A stretch of DNA of 64,000 nt, from assembly GCA_963754855.1 (NCBI GenBank), contig CAVWHL010000017.1, forward strand, positions 26,075-90,074. The letters run 5' to 3'. Position 1 is the first letter of the stretch. The number at the start of each line of letters is the position of its first letter. Below, piece by piece: positions 1 to 9,643 of the stretch. A model generated the notes under the pieces. The model worked only from the letters and a program-made list of their open reading frames with translations, ran no database searches and was not told the DNA's origin. This stretch comes from an uncultured Acidobacteriota bacterium. Lineage in GTDB: Bacteria > Acidobacteriota > Terriglobia > Acidiferrales > UBA7541. Made by a program: the position numbers and the translations under genes.

Positions 1-523
1 CTCTTTCGATTTCGAATCCGAAGCGCGCGGCAAACCGCACCGCGCGCATCATGCGCAGTTTGTCTTCCGTGAACCGGCGCGTGGGCTCGCCGATCGCGCG
101 AATGATTCCCGCTTTTAAATCAGCCTGTCCGCCAACGAAATCGAGCACCTCGCCCGTATCGTGGCGCATCAGCAAGCCGTTGATTGTAAAGTCACGCCGC
201 TGCACGTCTTCCTGCGGCGTCTTCGAATACACCACGCTGTCCGGATGGCGGCCATCGCTGTAGCTGACGTCCGAACGGAAGGTGGCTACTTCGACTTTTA
301 TGGAGTTCCGCGGAATCAGCACCACGCCGAATTGCGCTCCCACCGCCAGACTTTCCGGGAAGAGGCTCATGACCTCATCGGGCGTGGCATTGGTGGTCAC
401 ATCGTAATCGGCGGGCTCATGATCCAGAAGAAGATCGCGCACGCACCCGCCCACCAGCAGCGCCTGGTAGCCCTTGCGCTGGAGCGCCTCACAGATCGAA
501 TTGGCCAATTCGCGCGGTGTCAC
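1..523 (-). CDS. CCA tRNA nucleotidyltransferase / poly(A) polymerase family (N-terminal part; runs off the window)
   Basis: Not in the ORF track. Manual translation from GTG 523 gives VTPRELANSICEALQRKGYQALLVGGCVRDLLL..DYDVTT..RRDFTINGL..EDKLRMMRAVRFAARFGF, i.e. the VGGxVRD, RRDFTIN and EDxLR motifs. Confidence 0.93.
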   Translation of the reverse strand, partial: MTPRELANSICEALQRKGYQALLVGGCVRDLLLDHEPADYDVTTNATPDEVMSLFPESLAVGAQFGVVLIPRNSIKVEVATFRSDVSYSDGRHPDSVVYSKTPQEDVQRRDFTINGLLMRHDTGEVLDFVGGQADLKAGIIRAIGEPTRRFTEDKLRMMRAVRFAARFGFEIER

Positions 524-587
524 GCTGTGATTATGCGACAGACGCGGCTCCGAGGGGAGATGAGTGTTGCGGCGGGTTTCTGTGTGG

Positions 588-1745
588 CTATTTGCTGCGG
601 AAAACCAGGCACGTTATGTCGTCGGACTGGCGCGTTGCGCCGACGAAATCGTCCACGCTCTTCATCAAAAACTGAAGCGTTTGCTGCGCTTTCCACTCCG
701 GCAGATTGCGGATTGCGCTCAGCCAGCGTTCATTGCCGAACTCCTCGTTCTTTTCATTGAAGGCTTCGACCACACCATCGGTGAAAAAAATCAGCGCATC
801 TCCAGCCTTGAGTTCGAGCGAGGCCGTCTCATACGTCTCGTCGGATTGGATTCCCAGCGGCAGGCCGCCAACATCCAGAATTTCAAGAGAACCATTTGCG
901 CGGCGCAGAATTGGCGCGTTGTGTCCGGCATTGACATAAGTGAGCTTCCGCGACACCGGATTGTATTCGCCGAGCACCGCCGTCGTGAAGCGCAGTCCAT
1001 TTAAGCTATGCGCGCTGGCGTATCGGTTCAGTCGCGCCACGAGATCCGCCAGCGGGACATGCTCTCCCGCAATCGTTCGCAGGCTGGCTTGAAACGTCGC
1101 CATGAGCAGCGCCGCGGGTACGCTCTTCCCCGCGACGTCGGCGATGACCAGCATCAACCTCTCGCGTTCGGACGGATTCGGATAAAAGGCGTCGTAATAA
1201 TCTCCGGCGACGGAATTTTGCGGGCGCGTTGCAAAGGCGATGTCCGCGCTCGCCACTTCCGGCGCCTCCGCGGGCACCAGCCAGGTCTGAATTTCCCGCG
1301 CGATTTCCAGGTCGCGCTTCATCGTGACCTTGTCTGCCAGTTCCAGCGAAAGCAGAAGCAGGAAAAGCAGCGAGGCGACGACTACAAAATTGACGTTGAA
1401 TTCAAACTTGTCTCCCCACCGGAACGAGACGCCCGACATCACGAGCATGACAAACGCCGCGAGCAGGAGGACGCGCCGCGCGGGAGACATTTTCAGGAGC
1501 AGCGCCCAGAAAAACTCCCTGGCCACATGCAGCGGCCGTCGCCACCGCGGCAGTTTGTGAATCTCCTCCCAATCGACGTCGCGCCCGTAGAAACCATAGC
1601 TGGCGCGCGCGTCCGCGATGAATTGCGACCACAGGTCGTCAATCTGGCGGCCTTCGCTCACGCGCTGCCAGAAATGACGCACGCGATCCGCGCGGCTTAC
1701 GGAACGGTGCGAGACGGAAACGCCGGGTGTGGGGGGTGCGCTCAT
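588..1745 (-). CDS. PP2C/SpoIIE (RsbU-like) Ser/Thr phosphatase with N-terminal membrane segments
   Basis: GDYYD, IADVAGKS, NAGH, FTDGVVE and DDIT motifs; hydrophobic helices near the N-terminus. Confidence 0.92.
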   Translation of the reverse strand: MSAPPTPGVSVSHRSVSRADRVRHFWQRVSEGRQIDDLWSQFIADARASYGFYGRDVDWEEIHKLPRWRRPLHVAREFFWALLLKMSPARRVLLLAAFVMLVMSGVSFRWGDKFEFNVNFVVVASLLFLLLLSLELADKVTMKRDLEIAREIQTWLVPAEAPEVASADIAFATRPQNSVAGDYYDAFYPNPSERERLMLVIADVAGKSVPAALLMATFQASLRTIAGEHVPLADLVARLNRYASAHSLNGLRFTTAVLGEYNPVSRKLTYVNAGHNAPILRRANGSLEILDVGGLPLGIQSDETYETASLELKAGDALIFFTDGVVEAFNEKNEEFGNERWLSAIRNLPEWKAQQTLQFLMKSVDDFVGATRQSDDITCLVFRSK

Positions 1746-1801
1746 TTCAGATCGTTCATGCAGGAAAAGTATAGGACATTCTAGTCAGCTTACGCTGGCT
1801 C

Positions 1802-3073
1802 TTAGGAATCCTCGCCGTCCTCATCGGATCCATCGCGGCTGTGCCCCGTTCCCTCAAGCCGAAGCGAGCCGCCGAATTGCACCTTGCCGAACCCGTAGCG
1901 GTCGCGGAGGCGATCCGCCGCGCTCGTGAGCTTTTCCAGCTTGGCGCGCCGCTGCGCCTCGAGCAAATCCAGTTGTTCGCCGCCGTGCGTCAGTCCGCTC
2001 AAGCCGACTCCCAGCAGCCGGACTTTTCTTTTCGCATCGCGATGCACGCGAAAGAGTTCCTGAAACACGGAAAAAATATCGGAGTCCAGTTTCATCGGTT
2101 CTGCGAGCGTTTTTGAGCGAGTGTGCGTTTCAAAACCCGCGTAGCGGATCGTCAGCGTAAGCGTTCGCGTGGCCAGGCCTGCTTCGCGAAGCCGCTTGCA
2201 GGCTTTCTGCGAAAGATGGCTGAGCATGGCGGCCATGGCGTTCGCATCGTCCGTATCTTCGCCGAAAGTGTGATTCTGTGAAATGGACTTCGGCTCCGCG
2301 TCGATCACGAATTCGTAGGAATCGCCGCCGCGCGCCTTGCGATAGAGCGCCGTGCCCCATTGCCCGAAAATCTGTTCGAGTTTCTCCTGCGGAACGGCGG
2401 CGATCTGCTCGACCGTTTCGATGCCCAGGGCACGCAGCGCGCGTTCCGTGACTTCACCGATGCCCGGAATCCTTCGAACGGGAAGCGGCGCGAGGAATTG
2501 TTCCTCGCGGCCCGGCGCAACCCACACCAGCCCGCGCGGCTTCGCTTGGTCGGAAGCGACTTTGGCGACCAGCCGCGTCGTGGCCAGGCCGCCGGAGCAC
2601 GGAAGATTCGTCGTTTGCGTGATCGTTCGAAGCAGTTTGTCCGCGGCCGCGAGCGGCGGGCCATGCAAACGCTCCGTGCCCGCGAGGTCGAGATAGGCTT
2701 CGTCGATCGAAACCATTTCCACGACCGGAGAAAATTTCGCGAGGATCGCCGAGACGCGGTCGCTCCATTCCGAATATTTCGAATGATGCCCGTCGAGAAA
2801 AATCGCGTGCGGGCAAAGCCGCCCCGCCGTTCGAAGCGGCATCGCGGAATGAATCCCGTATTTTCTCGCCTCGTAGCTCGCGGCGGAAACCACGCCGCGC
2901 TGGTCGGGCCTTCCTCCCACGACGACGGGTTTGCCGCGCAGTTCCGGACGCTCGAGGAGTTCGACGGAGACGAAGAAAGCGTCCATGTCCACGTGCAGGA
3001 TGGACGACTGCGCGTGAGAAGATTGCTCCTCGAGTGGGCCATGCTTCGCTCGAAATCGCGCCAGCTCCGGCAT
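1802..3073 (-). CDS. dinB: DNA polymerase IV (Y family)
   Basis: HVDMDAFFVSVE, SYEARKYG, SIDEAYLD and AKVASD..KPRG motifs. Confidence 0.96.
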   Translation of the reverse strand: MPELARFRAKHGPLEEQSSHAQSSILHVDMDAFFVSVELLERPELRGKPVVVGGRPDQRGVVSAASYEARKYGIHSAMPLRTAGRLCPHAIFLDGHHSKYSEWSDRVSAILAKFSPVVEMVSIDEAYLDLAGTERLHGPPLAAADKLLRTITQTTNLPCSGGLATTRLVAKVASDQAKPRGLVWVAPGREEQFLAPLPVRRIPGIGEVTERALRALGIETVEQIAAVPQEKLEQIFGQWGTALYRKARGGDSYEFVIDAEPKSISQNHTFGEDTDDANAMAAMLSHLSQKACKRLREAGLATRTLTLTIRYAGFETHTRSKTLAEPMKLDSDIFSVFQELFRVHRDAKRKVRLLGVGLSGLTHGGEQLDLLEAQRRAKLEKLTSAADRLRDRYGFGKVQFGGSLRLEGTGHSRDGSDEDGEDS

Positions 3074-3155
3074 GCTTCATAGCCTACGCCGGGATTCCAA
3101 CGGCGACAATGTTGCGGCTGTGGATGAAAAGCCTGACAGACTGCCGGAGCAAAAC

Positions 3156-3179
3156 CTCAGGCCTGCAGGCCTGAGCTAC
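3156..3179 (-). repeat. GTAG-type REP-like palindrome
   Basis: Minus strand reads GTAG-CTCAGGCCT-GC-AGGCCTGAG, in the prmC-dinB intergenic region. Confidence 0.7.
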
Positions 3180-3187
3180 AGCGATGA

Positions 3188-4129
3188 TCACGCGCGTTCA
3201 GCGGCGATGACGCGGGGGATTCCGGCGAGATCGTTGGTGACGGCGATGTTGGTCCAGGTGGGTGCGTCGAGCAGCGGCTGAACCGCGGGCAAGCTGTTGT
3301 GGCCGAGTTCGAGGACCAGGATGCCGCCGGGCTTCAGATGTGAGGCGGATTGCGCGACGAGGCCGGCGTAAAGTTCGTAGCCCTCTTCGCCGCCGTAGAG
3401 AGCGATTTCTGGTTCGTGGTCGCGGACTTCGCGCATGAGCGTTGGGGCTTCGCGCCGGCCGATGTAGGGAGGATTGCTGACGATGAGATCAAAAAGAGGT
3501 GACTGGCGATCGGGAGCGGTTGTCGTGTTGTTTTGTAGGGGCAGGATATATCGTGGCCCTACAGAAAGCCCTTCAAGCAAACTGGATTCGATGAAATGAA
3601 AGCGGTTGGCGACGCCGTGGCGAGCGGCGTTGCGGCGGGCGACGGCGAGAGCGGCGGGGGAAATGTCCGTAGCGAAAATGGTTGCGGCGGGCAATTCTTT
3701 CGCGAGAACGATGGCGAGGCAGCCGGAGCCGGTGCCGATGTCCGCGATTTGCAAACCGGCGCCATCGTTTTTTGGCGGGCGGCCGGCGCGAATTTCGCGG
3801 ACAGCCAATCGGTCGAGGGCAACTTCGATGACGTGCTCGGTTTCGGGGCGGGGAATCAGGACATCGCGATTGACTTCAAACTCGAGGTCCCAGAATTCTT
3901 GTTTGCCGGTGAGATGCTGCGTCGGTTCGCCGGCGGCGCGGCGGGAGATTAACCCGAAAAAACGCTGAGCATTTTCCGCGGAGATTTCTTCCTCGGGATG
4001 CGCATAAATCCAAGCGCGGTCGCGGCCTAGGACGTGGAGGAGCAAAAGCTCCGCGGCGAGAGTGTGGGAAGGAACATGCGCGTCGCGCAATTGCGCGAGG
4101 CCTTGTTTCAGTGCGGTGCGAATGTCCAT
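3188..4129 (-). CDS. prmC: Release factor glutamine N5-methyltransferase
   Basis: LIPRPETE, DIGTGSG, SNPPY and HEPEIAL motifs; directly downstream of prfA. Confidence 0.96.
   Translation of the reverse strand: MDIRTALKQGLAQLRDAHVPSHTLAAELLLLHVLGRDRAWIYAHPEEEISAENAQRFFGLISRRAAGEPTQHLTGKQEFWDLEFEVNRDVLIPRPETEHVIEVALDRLAVREIRAGRPPKNDGAGLQIADIGTGSGCLAIVLAKELPAATIFATDISPAALAVARRNAARHGVANRFHFIESSLLEGLSVGPRYILPLQNNTTTAPDRQSPLFDLIVSNPPYIGRREAPTLMREVRDHEPEIALYGGEEGYELYAGLVAQSASHLKPGGILVLELGHNSLPAVQPLLDAPTWTNIAVTNDLAGIPRVIAAERA
3534..3563. repeat. REP-like imperfect palindrome inside the prmC coding sequence
   Basis: TGTAGGGGCAGGATATATCGTGGCCCTACA, with GTAG/CTAC ends; translated in frame as VGPRYILPLQ. 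Confidence 0.65.
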
Positions 4130-4160
4130 GAGTCACCGCAACAGAAAAGAAAAAAAGGAA

Positions 4161-4200
4161 TTAACGCAGAGGACGCAGAGACGCAGAGTGCACAGAGAAG
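4161..4200 (+). repeat. Degenerate ~9-bp-period (ACGCAGAG-type) intergenic repeat; related copies at ~7760-7815 and ~11351-11391
   Basis: TAACGCAGAGGACGCAGAGACGCAGAGTGCACAGAG; TAACACAGAGGGCGCGGAG..GACGCAGAGGCGCAG; TAACGCGGAGACGCAGAGGGCGCG. Confidence 0.7.
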
Positions 4201-4262
4201 AAAATGGATCTGATTGGACGAGAAAGTCCGCGGGCACGGCAGAGCCATGAAATGTTGCGACA

Positions 4263-5354
4263 TTAGGCGGTGGCGAGCTCCTGCTGGAGACGCTCGGATT
4301 CATAGTGCGAGACGAGTCCGTCGACAAGCTGCGCGAGCTTGCCTTCCATCACATCGGTGAGTTGGTGGAGCGTCAGGCCGATGCGGTGATCGGTCACGCG
4401 ATTCTGCGGGAAATTGTACGTGCGGATTTTTTCCGAGCGGTCGCCGGTTTTGATCTGTCCGCGGCGCTCGGCGGAGAGCGCCGCCTGGCGTTTCTCCTGT
4501 TCCTGCTCGTACAAGCGCGCGCGAAGAACGCGCATGGCCTTGGCGCGATTTTTTATTTGTGATTTTTCGTCCTGCTGCGAAACGACCAGGCCGCTGGGAA
4601 TGTGCGTGATGCGCACGGCGGAGTAAGTGGTGTTGACGGACTGGCCGCCCGGACCAGAAGAACAGAACGTGTCAACGCGCAGATCTTTCGCTTCGATCTT
4701 GATATCAATTTCGTCGGCTTCCGGCAAGACCGCGACGGTGGCAGCGGAAGTGTGAATGCGGCCCTGGGTTTCCGTGGCAGGAACGCGCTGGACGCGATGC
4801 ACGCCGCTTTCGTACTTCAGCTTGGAATAAACCTTGTTGCCTTGAATCGCGGCGACGACTTCCTTCAAGCCGCCGAGCGAAGAAGGCGAGCTCTCGAGGA
4901 CTTCGACTTTCCACCCTTGCGTTTCCGCGTAGCGGGAATACATGCGGAAGAGTTCGGCGGCAAACAGAGCGGCTTCATCGCCGCCGGTACCGGCGCGAAT
5001 CTCGACGATGACGCTCTTTTCGTCGTTTGGATCTTTCGGGAGCAGCAGGAGTTTGAGCTCGCGCTCGACAGTTTCCTTGCGCGCGATAAGTTGCTTCTCC
5101 TCGTCGTACGCCATTTGCTTCATTCCGTCGTCTTCCGCCTCCGCGATCATCTGGCGGGCGCCCGCGAGATCTTTTTCAATCTGCTTGAACTCGCGGTGCT
5201 TCTCGACGATCTGCTCGAGCTCCGCGTGCTGCTTGGCGACTTTCTGGAAGCGCGCGGAATCGGAAACGATTTCGGAAGTCGAAAGCTGCTGCGTCAGCTC
5301 GTCGTAGCGAGCGCCGAGCTGGTCCAATTTTTCGGTGAGTGTAAGAGCGGCCAT
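4263..5354 (-). CDS. prfA: Peptide chain release factor 1
   Basis: [17 protein letters not shown] (PxT recognition motif), GGQ and RTYNFPQ motifs. Confidence 0.98.
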   Translation of the reverse strand: MAALTLTEKLDQLGARYDELTQQLSTSEIVSDSARFQKVAKQHAELEQIVEKHREFKQIEKDLAGARQMIAEAEDDGMKQMAYDEEKQLIARKETVERELKLLLLPKDPNDEKSVIVEIRAGTGGDEAALFAAELFRMYSRYAETQGWKVEVLESSPSSLGGLKEVVAAIQGNKVYSKLKYESGVHRVQRVPATETQGRIHTSAATVAVLPEADEIDIKIEAKDLRVDTFCSSGPGGQSVNTTYSAVRITHIPSGLVVSQQDEKSQIKNRAKAMRVLRARLYEQEQEKRQAALSAERRGQIKTGDRSEKIRTYNFPQNRVTDHRIGLTLHQLTDVMEGKLAQLVDGLVSHYESERLQQELATA

Positions 5355-5607
5355 TGCAAAACCTCTGTAGTTCTAAGTTGTAAGTTCTCTGTAAAGAGAA
5401 GAGAAAATGGATTGGGAAAAAAACAACCTTCATTTTCCAGACGAGTGCGGGCCCCCGGGACGGGAGCGAGAGGCGAGTCAGCTAATAGAACGTGGCGTAC
5501 ATCGTGTTGCTCATTACTAAGAATAACGCCGAATTCCAAATCACGCAAATCGGGGTTGCGAGTGGTTGCTCGCATGCGAGGCGGTATACTACGATGCGAC
5601 TAAGACT

Positions 5608-6726
5608 ATGAGCGAAGCGGTACGAACGATGATGCGGATGGACGCTGAAGCGGCGCAGGAGACTGCGGCTCAGGCGGATGCTGGATTTCTTTGGGATTTC
5701 TGGTATCCGGCGCTGCGGAGCGCGGAGATCAGCGGGAAAAAGCTCGCCACGGCGACGCTGCTGGAAGTGCCGCTGGTGCTGGGGCGGACCAGCGAGGGGA
5801 AAGCGTTTGCGATGCGGGATTCGTGCCCGCACCGGGGGATACCGCTTTCGTATGGGCGGTTTGACGGGCAGAGCGTGGAGTGCAGCTACCACGGATGGCG
5901 ATTCGAGGCGTGCAGCGGGCGATGCGTCGAGATTCCTTCGCTGACGAATCAGGACAAGCTGAAAGTGGATCGTATTTTTGCGGGGCACTTTCCTTGCGAA
6001 GAACACGACGGGTACGTGTGGGTTTATATGAACGCGCCGGGAACATTGCTGCCGGAGACGATACCGGCAGCGCCGACGCTTCCTGTTTTCAGCGAAAAGT
6101 ACAAGATCACGCATCTTTCCTGCGAGCTGCCTTCGCATATTGACCATGGGATCATCGGATTGATGGACCCGGCGCATGGCCCGTTCGTGCATCAATCGTG
6201 GTTCTGGCGCAGCCGGGGCAGCATTCACCAAAAGGAAAAACAGTTCGAGCCGATCCCGTATGGTTTCCGGATGAGCAAGCATTCGCCGAGCACGAACAGC
6301 GCGCCATACCAGTTGCTGAAGAAAATGACGGGCGAGGCGGTGACCACGACGATTGATTTCGTGCTGCCGAACATGCGTTTCGAGGAGATTCACAGCGGGA
6401 AGCTGTGGTTTTCCAGCCGCGCGACGGTGACACCGGTGCGGCGCGATTTGTGCCGGATTGATTTCGTGGCGGCGTGGAACGTTTCCTTTTTGCCGGTTTC
6501 GATTTTCCGGATGTTTGGGAAAACTTTTTTGAGGCAAGACCAGCAAACGATGATCCAGCAGGCGGAGGGATTGAAATACAATCCGCGCTTGATGTTGATA
6601 GATGATGCGGACCGGCCGGCGAAGTGGTATTTCTCGCTGAAGGCGAACCTGATCGAATCGCGGCGGACGGGCGCGGCGATGGTGCATCCGATGGATGGGC
6701 CGGTGACGCTGAGGTGGCGGTCGTAA
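5608..6726 (+). CDS. Rieske non-heme iron oxygenase alpha subunit (VanA/KshA-like)
   Basis: CPHRG..CSYHGW Rieske motif and DPAHGPFVH mononuclear iron motif; start codon uncertain. Confidence 0.9.
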   Translation: MSEAVRTMMRMDAEAAQETAAQADAGFLWDFWYPALRSAEISGKKLATATLLEVPLVLGRTSEGKAFAMRDSCPHRGIPLSYGRFDGQSVECSYHGWRFEACSGRCVEIPSLTNQDKLKVDRIFAGHFPCEEHDGYVWVYMNAPGTLLPETIPAAPTLPVFSEKYKITHLSCELPSHIDHGIIGLMDPAHGPFVHQSWFWRSRGSIHQKEKQFEPIPYGFRMSKHSPSTNSAPYQLLKKMTGEAVTTTIDFVLPNMRFEEIHSGKLWFSSRATVTPVRRDLCRIDFVAAWNVSFLPVSIFRMFGKTFLRQDQQTMIQQAEGLKYNPRLMLIDDADRPAKWYFSLKANLIESRRTGAAMVHPMDGPVTLRWRS

Positions 6727-6908
6727 GCCGTTTTCAGTTGTCAGTTTTAATTTGTCAGTAAAGTCTCTGGAATTTTGGTTCTTGCCGCGTAATCCGCACC
6801 AGATTTGATCCGCTTCTTCCTGAGCCGGGATTATCCGCACTCGACGAAATGACAGCGAAAGGTCGGGTGGATTCCTTATTTAACTGAAGGCCCCCCTATG
6901 TTTTTCAT

Positions 6909-6982
6909 AAGTGTTGATTCTAAAGAAAGTTAAAGTCGTTTGTTTTGATGCACTTTTGGAAGTGTTGATTTTAAAGAGGTTA
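6909..6982. repeat. AT-rich direct-repeat pair AAGTGTTGATT(C/T)TAAAG..GTTA
   Basis: Copies at 6909-6932 and 6960-6982, immediately 3' of the 7010-7591 ORF. Confidence 0.75.
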
Positions 6983-7009
6983 GATCCAGGGGTGGCGGGG
7001 CAGGGCCTT

Positions 7010-7591
7010 CTAGTTGGACGACGCGATGGCGCTGGGCAAGAGGCCAGGAGCAGGGTCGGACTTCTGGTTCGATGAAGGCGGAGCAGGTGTTGGCGGCGCA
7101 AAGGAGGAACGGATGGTACGGCGCCAGGAGTCAGTGCCAAAGGCGTTTATGTATTCATTCTCGGCGAGCTGGATGGATTGGACAAGAGTCTGGCCGAGAT
7201 AGGCGAGAGTGGAGGCGGTTTTGGGTTTTACTTGCCCTTGGGCCACGGCAGTGAAGAGACAGCCGAGAGCGGAGCTGAGATCGCAGGCAGATAGATAACT
7301 GCCAGAGAGGAAAGAGGATATGTCTCGGCCAATTTCCTGGGTAGCGCGGGCTTGGGCTTCCTTGCGGGCGTGGAAGTAGCAGAGATGCGGGTGGCTGGAA
7401 AGGCGTGGAGTGCGACAGCGGCGGCCATCATCGAAAGTGAAAGAACACAAGGAAGCGCGGTCCTTTTTACGTGCGACCGCAGAGCGGTCTTTTTCAGGTG
7501 CGACCGCAGAGCGGTCTTTTTCAGGTGCGACCGCAGAGCGGTCTTTTTCAGGTGCGACCGCAGAGCGGTCGACGGAGCGTCGAGTGGACAT
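7010..7591 (-). CDS. Hypothetical protein with C-x9-C-x11-C-x2-H putative zinc-binding motif and N-terminal DRSAVAPEK repeats
   Basis: CSFTFDDGRRCRTPRLSSHPHLCYFH, followed by a helical region and a Pro-rich tail; GGAG lies upstream of the ATG. Confidence 0.7.
   Translation of the reverse strand: MSTRRSVDRSAVAPEKDRSAVAPEKDRSAVAPEKDRSAVARKKDRASLCSFTFDDGRRCRTPRLSSHPHLCYFHARKEAQARATQEIGRDISSFLSGSYLSACDLSSALGCLFTAVAQGQVKPKTASTLAYLGQTLVQSIQLAENEYINAFGTDSWRRTIRSSFAPPTPAPPSSNQKSDPAPGLLPSAIASSN
7471..7570 (+). repeat. Perfect 27-bp tandem repeat x3.7, each unit a hairpin plus T-tract
   Basis: GTGCGACCGCAGAGCGGTCTTTTTCAG at 7471, 7498 and 7525, with a partial copy at 7552. Confidence 0.95.
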
Positions 7592-7837
7592 GGAAGTCTC
7601 CAGAAAAGAAGGATTTGGGTTGTAAAGGGATCTCGCCGAGGGCGAGGCAGACGATTAACCAAAAATATTTTAACAGAGTGGTAACCAGGTTGTCAAGACA
7701 AAGATTGGTGAAAAGCGTGATGGCGCGGAAATTCTGGAGGGAAAGGAGCAGAGGGGTTTAACACAGAGGGCGCGGAGATTACAGATGACGCAGAGGCGCA
7801 GGGGTCGCAGAGGGGAGAAATGTTGAAGGGTAAGGAG

Positions 7838-8500
7838 TTAGCCGAGGGCTTCGAGATCGAAGATGGAGACGACATGCTGGTGGCCGGGGGCGAAGACTTC
7901 CACGGCCGCATCCGAAGAGGCGACCTCCTCGGCGGAATAATTGAGCCAGACATAGGCGCCGATGAAGGTGCCGTCGAGGTCGTAGATGGGCTGGCCGTCA
8001 ACGGAGACGGGAACGATGGTTTTGTGGTCCTGGCGAAGGGCGTAGTCGAATTCTTTGTCCTTCCAGAAGTCGAGAGGGCGCGGGGTGAAACGGTCAGGGT
8101 CAGAGGAGTTTTTACCCTTTTTCTGGGAGGCGACGGCGGTGTAAGAGGGTGTGAATTCGATGCGCACACGAACGCGGATGAGATCACCGCGTGTTTGATA
8201 GTCCTTCCAGGCCTGCTGGGCGCTGTAGCCGGCGGTGTTCTGGCTGGAAAGCTCGACGATTTGGGCGTAAGGCGTGAGCAATTGGATTTCCGAGATGTAA
8301 GGGCCGGATTTGGGGAAGGGCAGATGGTGGGTGTAATCGCTGAAGAATTCCGCAAGCTTCTGGTCGGTGCGCTGGCCGAGGAAATAAGCTTCGCGGACGG
8401 CTTCGGGAGACAAGGAGTAGTCGTAGGCGAAAGAAGTTGGGGTCAGGAGCAGGGCTGCGGCGATGATGTGGCTAATGGAGCGGGCAAGGGTGCGGTCCAT
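7838..8500 (-). CDS. Hypothetical secreted protein
   Basis: From ATG 8500: signal-peptide-like MDRTLARSISHIIAAALLLTPTSFA, then YDYSLSPEAVREAYFLG; the upstream ORF extension looks spurious. Confidence 0.7.
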   Translation of the reverse strand: MDRTLARSISHIIAAALLLTPTSFAYDYSLSPEAVREAYFLGQRTDQKLAEFFSDYTHHLPFPKSGPYISEIQLLTPYAQIVELSSQNTAGYSAQQAWKDYQTRGDLIRVRVRIEFTPSYTAVASQKKGKNSSDPDRFTPRPLDFWKDKEFDYALRQDHKTIVPVSVDGQPIYDLDGTFIGAYVWLNYSAEEVASSDAAVEVFAPGHQHVVSIFDLEALG

Positions 8501-8630
8501 GGATGGCCTCAGCTTACCTCGTTGGATGACGAGAGTGGGTGGGGAGTTTCCGATGAAATATGGTTTCGAGGAGTTTGGAATTGGAACCCCTGGCTTGGCC
8601 GCTTCATGGGGCGGCTGCCGCGAGGATTTC

Positions 8631-8683
8631 AGATGCGGCGGGAGATGTTGGGGAAGTCGAGCCAGACTTTGATGCCGCAGAAG
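8631..8683 (-). repeat. Duplicated thyX 3' end (direct repeat of 9646-9698)
   Basis: 50/53 nt identical; encodes FCGIKVWLDFPNISRRI versus FCGIKVWLDFPNIPRRI in thyX. Confidence 0.92.
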
Positions 8684-8706
8684 GGGCTGCGTGCTAGAAT
8701 GCAGGC

Positions 8707-8903
8707 GTGTCTCATATAGTGTACAAAGTCGAGACGGAGCTTGAGGCCGACGGGCGCTGGATTGCCGAGATTGTAGACGTACCGGGCGTGTTGGCTTACG
8801 CGGCCACAGAAAAAGAAGCCGTGGCGTCCGCTCAGGCTCTTGCAATACGCATTCCCTCGCCGATCGCATCGAATCTCGAGTTCAAGCGACCGAATCAGCA
8901 TAG
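8707..8903 (+). pseudogene. HicB-family antitoxin remnant, frameshifted
   Basis: ELEADGRWIAEIVDVPGVLAYAATEKEAVASAQALAIR; the expected continuation LADRIES appears in another frame from ~8855; no hicA is visible. Confidence 0.7.
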
Positions 8904-9141
8904 TTTCTTCTTGCCCGGAAGCGATTCTCCCAACTTTTCTAGAATGAGGGACAGTCGGTTTTTATTTCGTGTTTCGGCACAAGATCCCTGGAAGCAAGTT
9001 TCAGGACCGGGCTTATCGAGATGATTTGCCTTACCGACGTATGTAACGAAGCGACGGCGAATTCATGAGGTAAACGAATCCTACCTTGACCACCGTCCTG
9101 CTCGGGACTTAACAGGTGTACCGTCCCTCCGTGAGCCGTGC

Positions 9142-9540
9142 CTAACATCGATGAATCCCAGTGCGTAGCGCGTTTGCGCGCACGGACCTGAGTCCGCGGC
9201 TTTCGGATCGCAAATGGCTTCTGACCCGCCGGAGAACACTACGAAACTCCATAATGTTGTCGTCGCGTACTGTGATTCTCTCGGACGGGATCCTCAGCCA
9301 CATGTACGCAGTGAAAAGCGCAAGCAACCAAGCACGTCGCGGAAATCCACTGTATGCGGCCCATTTGAGCCGAATCCCGTCCGACCGCTCGCCCGATGGT
9401 CCCAATGACTCCAGCCAAAATCCATGCGCGAAGGTCTGATACGAGGAGATCAGAAAGAAGGTTCGCGGCGGTATCTCACCGTCAGGGCCAGGACGAACTT
9501 GCAGTAGTCTCCGATAAAACTCTTCCCTGCTGATCGGCAT
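9142..9540 (-). CDS. Hypothetical protein (~132 aa) inside the thyX-linked islet
   Basis: ATG at 9540, MPISREEFYRRLLQ..., one hydrophobic stretch; no family recognised. Confidence 0.35.
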   Translation of the reverse strand: MPISREEFYRRLLQVRPGPDGEIPPRTFFLISSYQTFAHGFWLESLGPSGERSDGIRLKWAAYSGFPRRAWLLALFTAYMWLRIPSERITVRDDNIMEFRSVLRRVRSHLRSESRGLRSVRANALRTGIHRC

Positions 9541-9643
9541 GCTGGTCGAGAGTATAAACCTAATGCGACCTGTAGCGCAGCCCTGTGGCCGAATGATCGG
9601 AGCCGCAAGCCAACTGAGGCGGGATTTGTATTGTGGGACGCCG

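Noticed and set aside
7471-7570. Possible CRISPR array
   Set aside because: The palindromic repeats abut with no spacers and there are no cas genes; it is a VNTR.
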